Part shown: in pieces, positions 1-12,026 of the stretch | How the letters are laid out: each line of letters begins with the position of its first letter | How positions within the stretch are numbered: the first letter of the stretch is position 1 | NCBI RefSeq assembly: GCF_001194135.2 | Contig: NC_068988.1 | Location: forward strand, 49,685,007 to 49,749,006 | Source of the DNA: Octopus bimaculoides | Lineage: Eukaryota | DNA length: 64,000 nucleotides | Reading direction: 5' to 3' | The notes under the pieces: generated by a model | Database searches by the model: none | What the model was told of the DNA's origin: nothing | The model's input: the letters and a program-made list of their open reading frames with translations, nothing else | Position numbers and translations under genes: made by a program

Positions 1-794
1 TGCATATATATAGAGAGAGCGATAGAGAGACAGACGTATGCGAAACATTGGGAGTATATGTTTATTAAAACTCGAAGACAAATACATAGAGCTGCGCGCG
101 CGCGCGCGTACAGACACATACTCACACAAAAGGAAACCTATATAAATAGACGTGAGATAGTTAGAGAAGATCAGAGTATGGTGTTCTTATTTAAAGAAAG
201 ACGTATAGCTTAGAATATAAGCTGGCAACTTAAACAAAATACGACACATTGAAAATAAAGCCGTAATGTTTTCTACCTGCTCTGCTCGTTGTTTGTTATT
301 TGATTTTATTCCTGGATTATTAATGAGATTAAATATAGGATTGTATTGGATTAACTTGTATTTCCAGCAAAACTGTGGGTTTTCCAGTTGGAACAGATCG
401 CTCCTTAAATGGAAGAAATCTTCTTGCAGCAGAAGCAATCGTCTTTATTGTAGACACCAGAGAATCTTAAACTGCAGGCAAGAGACTAACTCCGGGACTT
501 GGTTTCGATCTAGCTTGGTGCCGTTACGTTTCGTTAATGTTCTGTGTCGCATTGCAACAGCGGAGAGAGAGGGAGGGAAGAAAGAGAGAGAAAAGGAGAG
601 GAAGGGAGAAGGAGGCAAAGTGAGGAGTGACATATTTTATACGTTTGAGTTAATTTCCTGCAGTTAAGCTCTATAAAACATTGAGCCTTTAAGTTTAGTT
701 TAACATGATTCACTAAATCGGTACTCAAATACTATTCGCTTTGTATCTCAGTTACTGTCTCTGTCTCTGTCTCTCTTTCTCTCTTTCTCTCTAC

Positions 795-858
<64 letters not shown>

Positions 859-936
859 ATCTATCTATCTCACGCATACACACACATCAGCTCATTATAT
901 ATATATAGATATACATGCGCACTCATATGAGTATAT

Positions 937-969
<33 letters not shown>

Positions 970-1599
970 CATATATATATAGAGAGAGATATATGCACAT
1001 ATACATACACACATACACACACACATACATATATATATATATANNNNNNNNNNNNNNNNNNNNNNNNNNNNNNNNNNNNNNNNNNNNNNNNNNNNNNNNN
1101 NNNNNNNNNNNNNNNNNNNNNNNNNNNNNNNNNNNNNNNNNNNNNNNNNNNNNNNNNNNNNNNNNNNNNNNNNNNNNNNNNNNNNNNNNNNNNNNNNNNN
1201 NNNNNNNNNNNNNNNNNNNNNNNNNNNNNNNNNNNNNNNNNNNNNNNNNNNNNNNNNNNNNNNNNNNNNNNNNNNNNNNNNNNNNNNNNNNNNNNNNNNN
1301 NNNNNNNNNNNNNNNNNNNNNNNNNNNNNNNNNNNNNNNNNNNNNNNNNNNNNNNNNNNNNNNNNNNNNNNNNNNNNNNNNNNNNNNNNNNNNNNNNNNN
1401 NNNNNNNNNNNNNNNNNNNNNNNNNNNNNNNNNNNNNNNNNNNNNNNNNNNNNNNNNNNNNNNNNNNNNNNNNNNNNNNNNNNNNNNNNNNNNNNNNNNN
1501 NNNNNNNNNNNNNNNNNNNNNNNNNNNNNNNNNNNNNNNNNNNNNNNNNNNNNNNNNNNNNNNNNNNNNNNNNNNNNNNNNNNNNNNNNNNNNNNNNNN

Positions 1600-1642
<43 letters not shown>

Positions 1643-2362
1643 ATAAAACCATATAATATATCTGTCTCGATAATACTGGATTATTTTTTTTATATATTTA
1701 ATATGATGTAATAACTATAGATAATATATATAATATTTTCATCAAGTAATAAGAGTTGACATCTGGATTCAGCTAGAACATTGTAACTGCATATACAAAG
1801 CTTCTATGTGACTTGTATTGTTTTCTATTTGTTGCGTATTAATTTCTGGTGAGATTTTTATACTCACTGCAATAAATATGTTAACATTTCTTTTTATTGT
1901 GAATGGCGTCTCTGAATTATTTATTGAATTTTCATTTCCTATCTCAAGAACAGCACAATCTTGTATAAAAATTATGTAATGCTTCTTTCATGAAAGTTTC
2001 TGTAAATGTCAGGGAAGACTGTATATCGTTTATGATTTCAGAATTAGGTCGAAACTTGCAGTGATTTGTTTCTCTTTCATGTTGAAAAATCGAACAGATG
2101 TTATTTCCCCGATGCAATTCTGTCTAGCTTGCTTCGAAATGAACGCGCCATGAAAAATGTCAACACGAACTTAACTTGCATTGTCGGATCTTCACACATG
2201 GAGTTTTTCATTTCATGTATGTCTGTTATATCATCCAAGAACAAGTTACACTCGAAGGCAGTTCAAATCCCGGGGATTCAATCAATCAAGAAAGTAAAAA
2301 AAAAAAAGGTTAGAAAATTACCACTTTTAAATCTCACATCGTGAGATATTCAGCAACAGTAC

Positions 2363-2795
2363 TTTGTAGTAAAGATTGTTTGCCAACATAACATGGCAAC
2401 CCTAGTTTAGGACCAATGTTGCTGTAATTTAGCCCTAGGAGACATCCTCTCCAGCTGGCTATACGACACGATCTGTGTCCTTACATTTTCGATCAAGGGA
2501 ATCTAGCACCCCCACTCAGCTCAAAACAATATATGTATATCGCGATTTCTAGGTTATTTCTCTTCCTAGCCGAACAATTATTCTGTGCTGATAAAGGGAA
2601 ATAACCCAGAAATTGTGTTACACAGATATTGTTTTGAGCTGAGTGGGGGTGTTAGATTCCCTTGTTCGAAAATGTAAGGACACAGATCATGCCATATGGC
2701 CAGCTGGAGACGATGTCTCATGGGGCTAAGTTACAGCAACATTAGTCCTAAACCTGGACTGCCATATTATGTTGGCAAACAATCTTTACTACAAA
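2363..2795. mobile_element. Palindromic MITE-like element (~433 bp; ~200 bp inverted arms, ~37 bp spacer)
   Basis: The left arm TTTGTAGTAAAGATTGTTTGCCAACATAA...CTAGGTTATTTC (2363-2560) is the reverse complement of GAAATAACCCAG...TATGTTGGCAAACAATCTTTACTACAAA (2598-2795). No clear target-site duplication, so the superfamily is unassigned. Confidence 0.85.
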
Positions 2796-2825
2796 AACAG
2801 GTGTTATAAACAAGCACAACCAATC

Positions 2826-2899
<74 letters not shown>

Positions 2900-2927
2900 T
2901 TTCTCTCCCCCTCTGTCACTCTCCCTC

Positions 2928-2969
<42 letters not shown>

Positions 2970-3433
2970 ACACTCAGAGACACACTCACAAACACACACC
3001 ATCTCACACACTGAATTTATATTATTTGAAAGATATGTATCCAAAGAAGTTATCCGCTTCTTCAGTTGTAGCGGTTTAAGCCTATGGTACATCATAAATA
3101 ACAAAAAGCAATGTTTAATTATTAAGAAATTAAGAATGAGAACAATAAAAATAAGATCCTGAGATTATACTATATTTGTCTTACTCACAGATGTTACATT
3201 CATGTGTGTCTGTGATTGTGTTCGTGCGCGCGCGTGTGTGTATGTATGTATGTATGAATGTATGTATGTATGTTCGTTCGTTCGTTCGTTCGTTCGTTCG
3301 TTCGTTCGTTCGTTCGTTCTCGTTGCTGGTAATGGAAGGAAGATGTTCACATCTGCAGAGCAGCAAACCTCTAGGACTGTTCGTGATCTTTCTTTTCAGT
3401 CGTAAATAATAATCTTTTCTATCCTAGACACAC

Positions 3434-3614
3434 AAATTTTGTGGAAGGGAGCCAGTCGATTAGATCGACCTCAGTACATAACTGGTACTTAATTCATCGA
3501 CCCCGAAAGGATGTAAAGCAAAGTCGACCTCGGCGGAATTTGAACGTAAAGACAGACGAAATGCCGCTAATCGTTTCGCCCGGCGTGCTAACGTTTCTGC
3601 CAGCCCGCCGCTTT
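3434..3614 (-). mobile_element. tRNA-derived SINE, family B
   Basis: Minus strand reads AAAGCGGCGGGCTGGCAGAAACGTTAGCACGCCGGGCGAAA...GTTCAAATTCCGCCGAGGTCGACTTTGC. It has box A/B-like motifs and matches copies at 23212, 30584, 35500, 35795 and 59485. Confidence 0.85.
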
Positions 3615-3639
3615 ATATAATAATATCAGGCAGGTTATG

Positions 3640-4790
3640 TTTGCAATTGGTAGAAGTTTCTAATATTCTTTATGCTGATATGTAAGTATTCAATAGGATA
3701 GGTGTTGTTTGCATTTACTCCAGGGTAGTCTTTTCTACGGATAACATTGTTTATTGTTTCAGCAACATGTCACTGTGGGAGGTTGTACCACGATGACATT
3801 TTGGGTCAGATGCTGACTGCATGTGTCATCTCCTCCATTAAAAAATGACTTAATCGACATTTACGGTTGCATCTAGGGAGTTTAAGTGTCAACGTTTGTT
3901 CATTAGATATTTCGGAGCTATCTCCTGTGAATTGCAAAAGCTTAAGCTTAGAGATGTGACATGGTGTAAACGTTCATGAGTCCAAATGAGGCTACTCTTC
4001 ATGCCAGTATTATCATCCGTCTCAAGCTTACAGGAAACATACCTACGTATAAGCATTTTGTGGTTTATAGAATAATATTCTTCTTACTCTGCTGAGTTTA
4101 ACTAGTCCTGTACTGCTGAGTTCACATAGGAAGTCATTAGGAAGTAAGCGCTTCTTGGGAAGTTCACAACCAACCCGCTGGATGTTGTTTACTATTTTTG
4201 AACACTCGGTTGATGTTTTTTCTGTCGTTGTTTTTTAGATGTCTGAGTGATATTAATCGCTATCCAAAGGCTGCCTACACTAATCTTAAGCTTCTACCTC
4301 AATTTTTTTTTATGTCATAGAACCTGTTTCTGTAGAAGTTTACTGTTGATGTCAAGATCTTGTGAGTTTTATCGTTTTATGGAGCAGATTTCGTTATAGA
4401 ACTGTCAAGTATCCCAAATGCTCGTATCAGCACTGGTACGGTCATTGAGTTGTGAGATATTATCTTGTTGAAAGAAGAAAGCTTTGGCAGTCATATTTAT
4501 TTTTAGTCTAGCGTAATATTTTTGGGGCGACTTAACCTTTGTTTACAGGATATTCGTATGATATATATTTTGTCAATAGGTATTTGTAAGTCTCATTTTG
4601 GGGGACAGTGGAGACAGGGAGACTATTGACATAGAAGTTCTAAATTCTGGAAACATCTTTTCGGTGATCAATTCTTAAACATGAAATTCTTTTGTCCAAC
4701 TTCCATCCCCGTATCAGCAGAAATTTAACTAAATCCCGCTGTTTCTCAGCATAGTAAATATTTCGAGTACATGTACTTATCTTTAAATCG
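3640..4790 (-). mobile_element. Decayed R4/Dong-like non-LTR retrotransposon (RT C-terminus to zinc knuckle)
   Basis: Frameshifted minus-strand peptides VPQNETYKYL, MTVPVLIRAFGILDSSIT and CNRKCRLSHFLMEEMTHAVSI*PKMSS...INNVIRRKD resemble R4/Dong-clade ORF segments. Many stops. Confidence 0.7.
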
Positions 4791-5309
4791 TCCCAAAATT
4801 AAAGGTTACATTAGTAGGCACAAGACTTAACCCGGCTGATTTTCGCAAATGATATGAATATGGATTTGACGCCAAAATAATCGGTGCGCTGTTACGTCAG
4901 TTTTTCATTCGTTACCGCGGACTTTAAATGTGTGGCCATTGATTTCAGGTTTCGTTCAAAAATCGGAAATAGTTTCACCGTGGTTCTCGTTCTTTATTTA
5001 AAGTCACTTTCTGTTTCATATATATGTTGCTATGAAGAGAAATGACAGAATCATTCAAGACAGATGGAACTCGTGTGATTGTTCTTCAGTCTAAACAGTT
5101 GTTGGTAGACATCTCTAGGAAAACCATAGCCAGTGAGGCGCTCTCAGTTGCTTACAGTTCTCTAGACGAATCACTAAGGCGATATGTTTCACTCGAGATC
5201 TAGAAGGTTTGAACCAGCAAGAGACAGCCTGGTTTGGATAAAACATTGTAAATAATTAGATACTTTGGTGCGGTCCTGAGCAAATTGCAACCCGCAGGAT
5301 TTCTGAAGA

Positions 5310-5686
5310 GCACTCTGTCGCTTACGCCATCGAGGGTTACAGTTTATCCGATCAACGGAACAGCCTGCTCGTGAAATTAACGTGCAAGTGGCTGAGCACT
5401 CCACAGACACGTGTACCCTTAACGTAGTTATCAGGTATATTCAGCGTGACACAGTGTGACAAGGCTGACCCTTTGAATTACAGGCACAACAGAAACAGGA
5501 ACTAAGAGTGAGAGAAAGTTGTGGTGAAAGAGTATAGCAGGGTTCGCCACCATCCCCTGTCGGAGCCTTGTGGAGCATTAGGTGTTTTCGCTCAATAAAC
5601 ACTCACAACGCCCGGTCTGGGAATCGAAACCACGATCCTATGGCCGCGAGTCTGCTGCCCTAACCACTGGGTCATTGCGCCTCCAC
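5310..5686 (-). mobile_element. tRNA-derived SINE, family C
   Basis: Minus-strand head GTGGAGGCGCAATGACCCAGTGGTTAGGGCAGCAGACTCGCGG...GGTTTCGATTCCCAGACCGGGCG carries box A and box B. A closely similar copy lies at 40246-40570. Confidence 0.9.
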
Positions 5687-5759
5687 TCTGAACAGCACAC
5701 CTGATGAAAAATGACATTGAATTTTTTAAGTAGTGCAGTTCTCCTGAGGATGAATTATG

Positions 5760-6050
5760 TGTTATTCACTCGTTTTTCGGAAATTGGCTGTGCATACGTG
5801 TTTTAGAGGAGCAAATACATTCGAGGAGGGAAGCAGAGAAGAAACTACTTTTGTGAACTAGAGGCTGGAGAGTATCACTATCAAATAGATTCCTATCAAA
5901 CCTTCGAAGAGAATTGGTTGAGATGCGCCATCTGTATAAGGCATGTTGTGTTGTATTTGTTATTAATATACCTTCCAGCCTTCTAGCATTGTGGGACAAT
6001 TCTACATAAGATATTTGTGTTATCAACTAACGTTTACCCAATGAGTTATG
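5760..6050 (-). mobile_element. Possible Penelope-like GIY-YIG C-terminal remnant
   Basis: ORF peptide ITQISYVELSHNARRLEGILITNTTQHALYR loosely resembles the R..LE...I segment at the end of PLE endonucleases. Weak. Confidence 0.3.
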
Positions 6051-6896
6051 ACATTCGCAAACCTTTCTGAACACGCGTGCGCGCACACACACACACACAC
6101 ACAAATGCACAAATACACACAAACATGCACATACGCAGACACATACAGCAATTATCTTTAATGGAACGAAGGATTTTGTGAATTTATTATTTTTATTAAT
6201 CCCTTTTTTAATAAAAAAAAGTGTTTCGAAAATTCAAAAAAAAAAATTGCAATTATCTCTATGGGCTCTGTTTGTTCTAAATTTATTATCCTTGTTAATT
6301 CCATTAAAATAAACACACACACGCCTGAACACTCACACACTCGCGTCTGCAAACACTCACATACACGCACACACATGCACAAACACACACACGCAAGCAC
6401 GCACGCACGCATTCAAACACATACAAACAAATTAATTTTTATTAGTTTTGTGTTTATTTTATTTTAGTATTTACCCCTTTCGTTATTAATTTTATTAATC
6501 ACCCCTTTTTTCCCTTTAAATTGTAATTATTTTTAGCTTGACCCCTATNNNNNNNNNNNNNNNNNNNNNNNNNNNNNNNNNNNNNNNNNNNNNNNNNNNN
6601 NNNNNNNNNNNNNNNNNNNNNNNNNNNNNNNNNNNNNNNNNNNNNNNNNNNNNNNNNNNNNNNNNNNNNNNNNNNNNNNNNNNNNNNNNNNNNNNNNNNN
6701 NNNNNNNNNNNNNNNNNNNNNNNNNNNNNNNNNNNNNNNNNNNNNNNNNNNNNNNNNNNNNNNNNNNNNNNNNNNNNNNNNNNNNNNNNNNNNATTGCTG
6801 TCCTGGATCTCATTTCACACACCACAAAATCACCACCCACCCACCACCACTACCACAACCAGTACCACTACCACTACCACCACCACCACCACCACC

Positions 6897-6948
<52 letters not shown>

Positions 6949-6949
6949 T

Positions 6950-7075
6950 TTGGGTTGTGGATTGGCAGAATCAGTAGAACACCTGAAAAAATAACTTGCA
7001 CCATTTACTGGCAATCCCTTGCTTTCTGTGATCAAACCTATTGAGGTAGATTTTGCATCCCTCTGGAGCCGACAA
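6950..7075 (+). mobile_element. Highly diverged SINE family B copy
   Basis: GGATTGGCAGAATCAGTAGAACACC...GAGGTAGATTTTGCATCCCTCTGGAGCCGACAAA aligns loosely with family B. It follows a (TAC)n tract. Confidence 0.4.
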
Positions 7076-7109
7076 AACAAGTAACAATTAATTAGTAAGA
7101 CTAACTGTT

Positions 7110-7480
7110 ACGTATAGTTTTGACTTGGACAAATAGATTCTGTACAGAAGATCATCCGGGTATTTGTGATTTGCGCCGACACCGAAGTTACTTAACGTAT
7201 ATCACGTACTCTCGTTTCTTGAGATTCGAGACATCTCACCCCACCCTCTGGCATTTTTCTTCTGTACCTTTGGCAAAACAGTGCTGCCTTCATAACCGAA
7301 CGTAGATGAGATCGGCGAGAACTAATATTGGTAAACTGTCAGTTCGGTTGTAATATTTTCCCTTAAAGACCAATGTAGCTAAACAGAAGGTGTTTAATAA
7401 TATCATCAAAAATGTTTACTAAACTGATTTTCTGTGAGCGATACATTCAAGTATAATTGACTTCTGTTCAGTTTTCTACT
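7110..7480 (-). mobile_element. Decayed Penelope-like reverse transcriptase fragment
   Basis: Minus-strand peptide LLNTFCLATLVFKGKYYNRTDSLPILVLADLIYVRL resembles the PLE RT segment F.F.GKYY.Q.DGLP.G.P.S..LAD. It has deletions and stops. Confidence 0.45.
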
Positions 7481-7511
7481 CAAAGTTATTGCCGTCGTTG
7501 ATGTTGTTTTT

Positions 7512-8016
7512 TCTCTGTTACTTGTTTTACTCATTAGACTGCGGCCATGCTGGAACACAACCTTCAAGAACTTTAGTCGAACGAATCGATCCCAGCATAT
7601 TGTTTAAAGACTTGTATTTATTCTATCGGTCACTTTTGCCGAACTGCTGTGTTACAGAGACATAAAGATATACACACGAGATGTCAAGCGGTGCTGAGTG
7701 ACAAACACACACACACACAGAGTTCAGCTAGAGGAGATGTCCTCTTGAGGTTAAAAAGTCATAGAAGAGTCCGTTCGAACAGACAGCCATGTTGAAGTGG
7801 CTACGAATATTATATATATATACATATATATATATNNNNNNNNNNTTGAAGTGGCTACGAATATTATATATATATACGACCGTCCTCTTTCGGTTTCTGT
7901 CTACTCACAAGGAAGCTACAGAAGACACTTGCCCAAGGTGCCGCCGTGCATTGGCTCTAAACCCAGAACCCTGTGCATGGGTAGCAAATTTCTTACCATA
8001 GAGCGATGCTTGTGCC
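7512..8016 (-). mobile_element. tRNA-derived SINE, family A, interrupted in its central microsatellite
   Basis: The tail (GACTGCGGCCATGCTGGAACAC...) lies at 7512-7719 and the head (GACACTTGCCCAAGGTGCC...CTTACCA) at 7870-8016. Both match the family A copy at 24111. Confidence 0.8.
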
Positions 8017-8109
8017 ACATTTTGATTGTTTTGTAATTTTTGCTTTTTTATTTCTTGTCGCGAATTTCTTATTAAACAATTCTATATCTCACCAATCTGT
8101 TGTTTATTG

Positions 8110-8290
8110 GTAAACTCCAAGTAGCCTTGATGCGGCAAACCTATGACCAAAGACATTCTAACCAGGACCATCACATCTTTACTGTAGGTATAAAGTATCT
8201 GATACTATAAATATCAATATCATATCTCAAATGCCCTTCCCATTCTTGTTTTTAAGATTATGGGGTGCGTGATTCGAGATAGAGTTTACG
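8110..8290 (-). mobile_element. SINE-like repeat family D, diverged
   Basis: CCTATGACCAAAGACATTCTAACCAGGACCATCACATCTTT resembles 57370-57420 and the reverse complement of 45840-45920. Confidence 0.45.
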
Positions 8291-8639
8291 GATTTTCTTT
8301 TGTAACAAACGACCGTGCAGTAATCTTCTCGCTGGATCGTCATCCTTTGCTGTTTCCTACGCAGAGATTGTGGGTCCAGGCAGATTTGTCAATATCAATG
8401 ATGAATCCAATGTCACCGAGAGGTGGTTCATAAAGTTTAATGCAGCTTTCCTGTTTTTCTTGAGATAAGTATTTTAAGCTGATCGTTTGTATTGTACAGG
8501 AACCAAATCAACTAAACTTTGCAAACTCCTGGTTTAGCTGTTGTTCGGGTTGTGGCTAATTGCTCCCATAGGCTCCTATGCTTATGGAGAATGATCGTTA
8601 AATGTAGGTTTGCCTTCCATCATGACAGAGAGCAAATAC

Positions 8640-9340
8640 TATGCGATGAACAAAATAGGTTGTCGTGAAAACAGCAAAGAGATAAAATGATCAATTTCCG
8701 ATTGACAAAAACAATGTTCAAAGATTGTACAAGAAGACACAAATTTAGCGATACCATGAATGTACTATGAAAACGGGAAATATAGAAAAAAATAGAGAAA
8801 ACATCTTCATTCATTACACTATCCGCCTGGGATAGTGTAACGAAACTATTCGGTTTATCAATAGCATATTTGATCAGAAATAGTAGGCACACATTAGAGA
8901 CTGAACTTACGTCAGAAAATTATATTGAGAGGGAAATTCAAATACTAGTGGAATGATTCAGTGTATTAGTATATTGCCCTTCTAACTTGTAGTAACTCGA
9001 CAATAATGACACTGATATTGCGAAAGACAGGAGTCGAGTATGAAGGAAGAAAAATGATTTAAAATCAACCATCTATCCTTTATGGTCGATCTTGAACTAT
9101 TTGAGAAGAATGAGAACTAGATAGGTTAATTAGCTTTGAACAGTTAATTTATTCAACAAAATCTTAGAAATAGAATTTGGAATAAAGACGTCTAACATAT
9201 ATAAAAAGAGAGGAAGATGGTGTTACTTGAGGGGTTAGCGTTATCTGAAAGCACAGAAATGAAAAGTATTGTGGAGAATGGATACAAGTTCTTAGGGAGA
9301 CAAGAAGTCGGTAAAATCAAGAAAATTGCAAAGAAGAAAG
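8640..9340 (+). mobile_element. Decayed R4/Dong-like RT core fragment
   Basis: Peptides TKTMFKDCTRRH, LILRKTGVEY, KINHLSFMVDLELFEKNEN (degenerate FMDD) and VENGYKFLG appear in the expected RT order. Confidence 0.7.
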
Positions 9341-9979
9341 TATTCAGAACCGGAGGAGTAACAATTGAAGATAAGCAAAAAAATAAATTAAAGAAACATA
9401 TAAGGATAAACATATGGATGATATCAGAAATGGGATGCAGAACAAGTATATTTATATGAAATAAGTATTCCAAAGGAGATATATAGAGAGTCACCGTGTG
9501 TAATATGCTGAGAGGCCGTTTATAGTGAGATTTATGGAGCCACAATGTAATATTCTTACAGACTGTTTTTAATAGAATATATGGATCCGCAGAATAATAT
9601 ACTAAGGTGCTGTTTATAGTGAGATATGAGCAGATATTATGGTTCACATGCTTGTACTGAGATATAACCTGCGATATACATGTGGTATGATATTTTGAGC
9701 AAGCCGTTTATCATACATTAAACGGAGAGGAGGATGAATGATTGCCATAGAAACAATATCAGATCTGCAAAACGCACCCAGCCAACTCTCACCCTCTTTT
9801 CATTTTCTTTGAAATGATGCAGGCTACAATAGTCAGTATATCCTTCCTTTTTTTTGTTTTAAAGCAATGCGCTTTAGATTTAACTATTATTTTTAGCATG
9901 TCAAATGACCACATAAAGACGTATTTCTTGGTTCGCGTGATGTACTAGCGTTGGCGTTACTTTTGTTGCCGTTGGTCAC

Positions 9980-10177
9980 GGCCTTACTGCTTTTGTTGGT
10001 GTTGTTGTTGGTGGTGGCAATGATGGTGATGGTGATGGTGGTGATGATGGAATCTCTTCTTTTGCCGTTGGAGTGATTTTGGCTGTGGTTATTCGGATGT
10101 TGTTGATGATGATGATGATGATGGCATCATTTTTGCTGCCGTAGGCGGCAACGTTGTTGCTGGTTGTATTGCTCACG

Positions 10178-10247
<70 letters not shown>

Positions 10248-10506
10248 GATCTCAGTAGTTGTAGCCAAAGGGATGATGATGATGTTGGGCGCCGAAGTTT
10301 TCACAATTCTATAGTAGCGGTGGCGCTTTTGTTGTTACTGTTGTTATCGGCGGCGTCTTCGTCGTCGTCGTCGTTGTTGTTGTTGTTGTTGTTGTCGTTG
10401 GTGGTCATGGTGGTGGTCGTGGTGGTTGTCGTCGTCGTCGCCGTGGTAATTGAATGGTGGTTGGAGCGGTGTGGTATTAGCGACAATGTTGTTTTTGTTG
10501 TTGTTA

Positions 10507-10538
<32 letters not shown>

Positions 10539-10790
10539 GTTGTTGTTGATGGTGGTGGCGGCGACGGCGGCGGCGGCGGCGGCGGCGATAATGTTAGCAA
10601 TGCAGCGGCGATTTGCTTTTGCTATTGGTGGTGTGGGGCGGTGTGGGGCGGCGTGTCTGAGCCCTTATGTGTGTATATGTTTATATGCGTGCGTATACAT
10701 ATCTGTGTGTGTATGTGTATGTGTGTGTGCATGTGTGTGTGTATGTGCATGGTGGTGGTGGTGGTGGTGGTGGTGGTGGTGGTGATGGAA
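9980..10790. repeat. Mosaic of trinucleotide repeats (GAT, GTA, TTG, GTC, GGC, GGT)
   Basis: Directly visible. It generates the poly-T/P/V/L ORFs in the track. Confidence 0.9.
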
Positions 10791-11128
10791 ATCGTTGTGT
10801 GGGAGTGAGCTATGTTGCGTTATTAACACGACATGCCTGCAAAATTTCATGCGAAAGACGAACATGGCAGCGCGTTTAGCATGATTGATTGGTTTCGTCT
10901 GTCACTGCTTGGAATCTCAGCCGCCATAACAAAAGCGGCATATTGCCTTTATCTCTCGGACGGAAACACTTTCTCTAAAACCTTCCAAATATTCTTCAGA
11001 TTTTCAACCGAAAGGAAATATATTTTCACGGTGACATTGAGTTACGGGATTGGCCTAAGCTGTTTGCTGTTAATTGTAAATGCTGTTGTTTTAGCAGTTG
11101 AGTATGATGATGATGATGATGATGAATG

Positions 11129-11160
<32 letters not shown>

Positions 11161-11545
11161 GTGGTGATGATGGTGATGGCGATGATGATGATGATGATGA
11201 TGATGACGAAAATATGCTAATTCTTTACATACCTCTCTCATTCTTGATGTAGTGTATGTATGAATAACACTTATATAGATGTGAGTCAGTGTGTATGTGT
11301 CTGACTATGTGCGTCTGAGTGTGTATGTGTGTTCATTATGTATGCATGTATGTATGTATGTATGCAAGTTTGCGTGTATACATGTATGTTTGTACGCATA
11401 TACGTGTGTATATATGCATGTGTGTATTTATGCATGCATGTATGTATGTATTCATGTATGTTTGTATGTGCGTATGTTCGTATGGATGTATGTACGTACG
11501 TATGTATATATGCATGCGTGTATGTATAAGCTTGCGACACTACAT

Positions 11546-11980
11546 TTTAACTTCTAAAGACAATTCCACCGCAGTTTACCGAAGAGAAAATGCTCTCACT
11601 TATGGTCAAAGTGTAAAGAACCTATTATCAGCTCAGTAGTGCCCTCTATTAAACTCTCAAATGAATTTCTGACTCGTTATGCCTTCCTCAGTAGAAGATA
11701 TCAAAGAAAAGTAACCCAGTCACAGCTTTATAGAGAGTCAATCAATATAGTGGCTGATTTGCAGCTCTAGACCGCCTGTCTCAACAAATCCATAAGTTGT
11801 AGCGCAAAGCAGTGATGGGAAATGATCAAGATTTAGATTAGTTCAAATATGTTTATGATATGTTTTAACTTCTATAGGCAATTTCACTACTGTTTACCGT
11901 GGAGAAGAAAGTTTTCGCTTCCGGTGAATATTTAAATAGAGCCTTATCAGCTCAGTAGCGTCCTCTATTGGACTTCTAGA
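11546..11980 (+). mobile_element. Two direct-repeat arm fragments of the MITE family at 45036
   Basis: TTTTAACTTCTA..GCAATT....TTACCG..GAGAA...TTATCAGCTCAGTAG..CCTCTATT occurs at 11546-11660 and 11864-11980. The second copy matches the left arm of the 45036-45477 palindrome. Confidence 0.6.
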
Positions 11981-11991
11981 TGATGTATGCA

Positions 11992-12026
<35 letters not shown>

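Noticed and set aside
5695-5790. CTGATGA and CTGAGGA followed by short hairpins
   Set aside because: GAAA is absent after stem II in both cases.
7792-7875. Direct repeat TTGAAGTGGCTACGAATATTATATA on both sides of a 10-N gap
   Set aside because: This is a typical contig-overlap artefact, not a biological duplication.
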